Source: Verrucomicrobiota bacterium (GTDB lineage: Bacteria; Verrucomicrobiota; Lentisphaeria; Lentisphaerales; Lentisphaeraceae). Taken from it: a DNA stretch of 29,676 bases. Below are positions 27,802-29,676 of the stretch, piece by piece. A program made the position numbers and the translations under genes. The notes beneath the pieces are model-generated. The model was not told the origin of the DNA and searched no databases. It saw only the letters and a list, made by a program, of their open reading frames with translations. The DNA is taken from contig JBDKFG010000073.1 in NCBI GenBank assembly GCA_039798785.1, positions 1-29,676 on the forward strand, written 5' to 3'. Numbering within the stretch: position 1 is the first letter of the stretch; each line of letters begins with the position of its first letter.

Positions 27802-28472
27802 GCTTGGCTTCCCTGGGAGCGCGCCTTCGTTTCACCCTGGTGGAGTTGATCCTCGCCTTGGCCCTGCTGGCGGTTCTGGCCGCCACCGGCGCCGCTTTGA
27901 TCGGCGGACTGACACGCGCCTGGGATCAATCGCGCCAGCAAGGTCATCGAGTGCAAGAGCTGGTCCGGCTCGACCGCTGTTTCCGCAGTCTCGTCGGCAA
28001 CGCCATGCCCTTTACCTGGCGCGACGCAACCATGCAGCAGACCAACGCCTTCATCGGCAATTCCGACAGCGTCCGGCTCGCCTCGCAGATCACTCCGGCC
28101 GACGCCATCGATGGCGGCCTGCGCTTCTCTTTCATCACCTTGAATCGCGAAGGCGAACTGATCGCCATCGTCAGCTCGAAACCCTTTTCCGAGGAGAACG
28201 AACCGGAGGGATTGGTCTCGGTGCTGTCGAAAGAGGTCGCCGCGATCCGCTTCAGCTATTGCCGCGTCTCCAGCGCCGACCCCCTGATTGAAGTGATGGA
28301 ATGGGTCGATGTCTGGGAAAGCGACCGGGCCGACATTCCTCTGGCCATCCGCATGGAAGTGGAATGGCAGGACGGGCGGACCGAAAACTTCCTGATGCGC
28401 ACTGCCGGTTCCGGCCGTTACGAACGTCACGGCTCCTGGCGCAACGGCGAGAAACTGGCGGGGCAACGATGA
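27798..28472 (+). CDS. gspJ: T2SS minor pseudopilin, GspJ-like
   Basis: RLR|FTLVELILAL, long N-terminal helix, C-terminal W..W...IPLAIRMEV pattern. ATGA-coupled. Confidence 0.8.
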   Translation: MSLASLGARLRFTLVELILALALLAVLAATGAALIGGLTRAWDQSRQQGHRVQELVRLDRCFRSLVGNAMPFTWRDATMQQTNAFIGNSDSVRLASQITPADAIDGGLRFSFITLNREGELIAIVSSKPFSEENEPEGLVSVLSKEVAAIRFSYCRVSSADPLIEVMEWVDVWESDRADIPLAIRMEVEWQDGRTENFLMRTAGSGRYERHGSWRNGEKLAGQR

Positions 28473-29503
28473 AGCAAGCCCGTCAATCCGAACTCGGCGC
28501 CGCCCTGATCATCGCCCTGGTCTTCACCGCCCTCGCCTTTGTCATCGCCGCCGCCCTGGCCGCCGCCTGCGGCACCGCCGCCATGCCCGCCAACGCCCAG
28601 GCACTCACCCTGCGGTCCCGCTACGAAGCCGAATCCGCCTCGACCTACGCCGTCTGGCGACTCGCCGCCGACATCAAAGCCCACAGCAACCGCTCGATGG
28701 GCCGCTTCGACGGCGCCGAAACCGCCGAAGACAACGCCTCCCGCGCCGTCGCCGACGGACGCATCCTCGGCTTCAGTCTCGACGAAGGTTCCAGCGCCTC
28801 GGTGCAACTGCTCGATGCCAACCGCGGCCTCGACGTCTCCGGCAACCTCGGCCCCAGCCGCGCCCGATCCTTCATCGCCGCCGCCGGCCTCACCCCCACC
28901 GACGACACTGAAATGATCCGCGCCTGGCTGGCCCGCGCCGGCGACTATGTCGACGGCGACAGCCTGCTCCAGAACAACGGCATGGAGCAATCCGACTACT
29001 CCCCCGCCAACCTGCCCCGCAACGGCGCCCTGCAATCGCAATGGGAAGTCCTCTGGATCCCCGGCTTCCGCGATGCAATGATCCCCGGTGCCAGCTCCAA
29101 CACATGGCCAATACCCGAAGTCGATCTGCTCCGCATCGTGCCGCCACGCGGCCAGACCTTCCCGGGCTCCGACAAGCCCAACTTCTTCTCCTCTCCCGCC
29201 TGGATGATCAGCCAGCTGGCGCAACTCGAATCTGACGAACTGGAAGCCGTCATCGCCGCCCGCGACGCATGGAACAACAGCCGCATCCCCATCAGCGACA
29301 CCCTCGGCGAACTGCGCCCCAAGGTGGAAAGATATTTCAGCATGAGTGAAAGCCGAATCTACGAACTCCGTTGCCGCAGCATCCGCCCCGACGGCCTCGG
29401 CCCCGGCTCCCTCAACGCCGTCGTCGATCTATCCCGAGGGCTCCCGAGCAGCGGCAGCAGCGGCTTCAAAGGCCTGCGCTGGTGGTCGTGGCGCCACGAC
29501 TAG
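28469..29503 (+). CDS. gspK: T2SS minor pseudopilin, GspK-like
   Basis: G|AALIIAL with no Glu5, as in GspK. Also DYVDGD and RNGALQSQWEVLWIPGF. ATGA-coupled. Confidence 0.82.
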   Translation: MKQARQSELGAALIIALVFTALAFVIAAALAAACGTAAMPANAQALTLRSRYEAESASTYAVWRLAADIKAHSNRSMGRFDGAETAEDNASRAVADGRILGFSLDEGSSASVQLLDANRGLDVSGNLGPSRARSFIAAAGLTPTDDTEMIRAWLARAGDYVDGDSLLQNNGMEQSDYSPANLPRNGALQSQWEVLWIPGFRDAMIPGASSNTWPIPEVDLLRIVPPRGQTFPGSDKPNFFSSPAWMISQLAQLESDELEAVIAARDAWNNSRIPISDTLGELRPKVERYFSMSESRIYELRCRSIRPDGLGPGSLNAVVDLSRGLPSSGSSGFKGLRWWSWRHD

Positions 29504-29563
29504 CGCTCATCGATTTTGATCTGCGCCTGCTTTCGCGAGATCCTCATAAACCTAAAAACCGCA

Positions 29564-29595
29564 GTTGAAAGGTTGGAAGGTTCAAAGGTTGAAAG
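29564..29595 (+). repeat. 4 x 8-bp tandem repeat
   Basis: GTTGAAAG GTTGGAAG GTTCAAAG GTTGAAAG. Confidence 0.85.
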
Positions 29596-29601
29596 GATCA
29601 G

Positions 29602-29676
29602 CTACAACAGCAAGAGGTTATGGTGTTCGAGGGCGCTCGGCAACTCCTCCGGCTGGCAATCATGCAGGTCGAGCAA
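29602..29676 (-). CDS. Possible 3' end of a convergent gene that continues beyond the window
   Basis: The minus frame is open from the window edge: LLDLHDCQPEELPSALEHHNLLLL*. Too short to identify. Confidence 0.3.
   Translation of the reverse strand: MLDLHDCQPEELPSALEHHNLLLL

Overview
GC-rich bacterial chromosomal window. The prepilin leaders, the long LepB and a secreted sulfatase suggest the PVC superphylum, possibly Lentisphaerota (inference only). In order it holds: the 3' part of an Rpn/PD-(D/E)XK family gene with an 8x21-bp repeat; trpE, ilvE and lepB; a group IIC-like intron reverse-transcriptase remnant on the minus strand, itself interrupted by a 106-bp MITE-like element with a 5-bp target duplication; a 1065-aa orphan protein; ftsB-like and hemW genes; an M50-like membrane peptidase; a MoxR-DUF58-transglutaminase operon; a sulfatase; an RpoD/RpoS-type sigma factor; and an 11-gene type II secretion cluster in the order L-M-C-D-E-F-G-H-I-J-K. 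The most unusual observation is a ~250-bp REP/REPIN-like palindromic element lying in frame within the cleavable leader of the GspI pseudopilin, giving a 103-aa leader. No tRNA, rRNA or CRISPR array was seen. I cannot support a wholly new multi-gene system; the novel signals are small non-coding or mobile structures. All calls come from reading motifs by eye, with no database searches.
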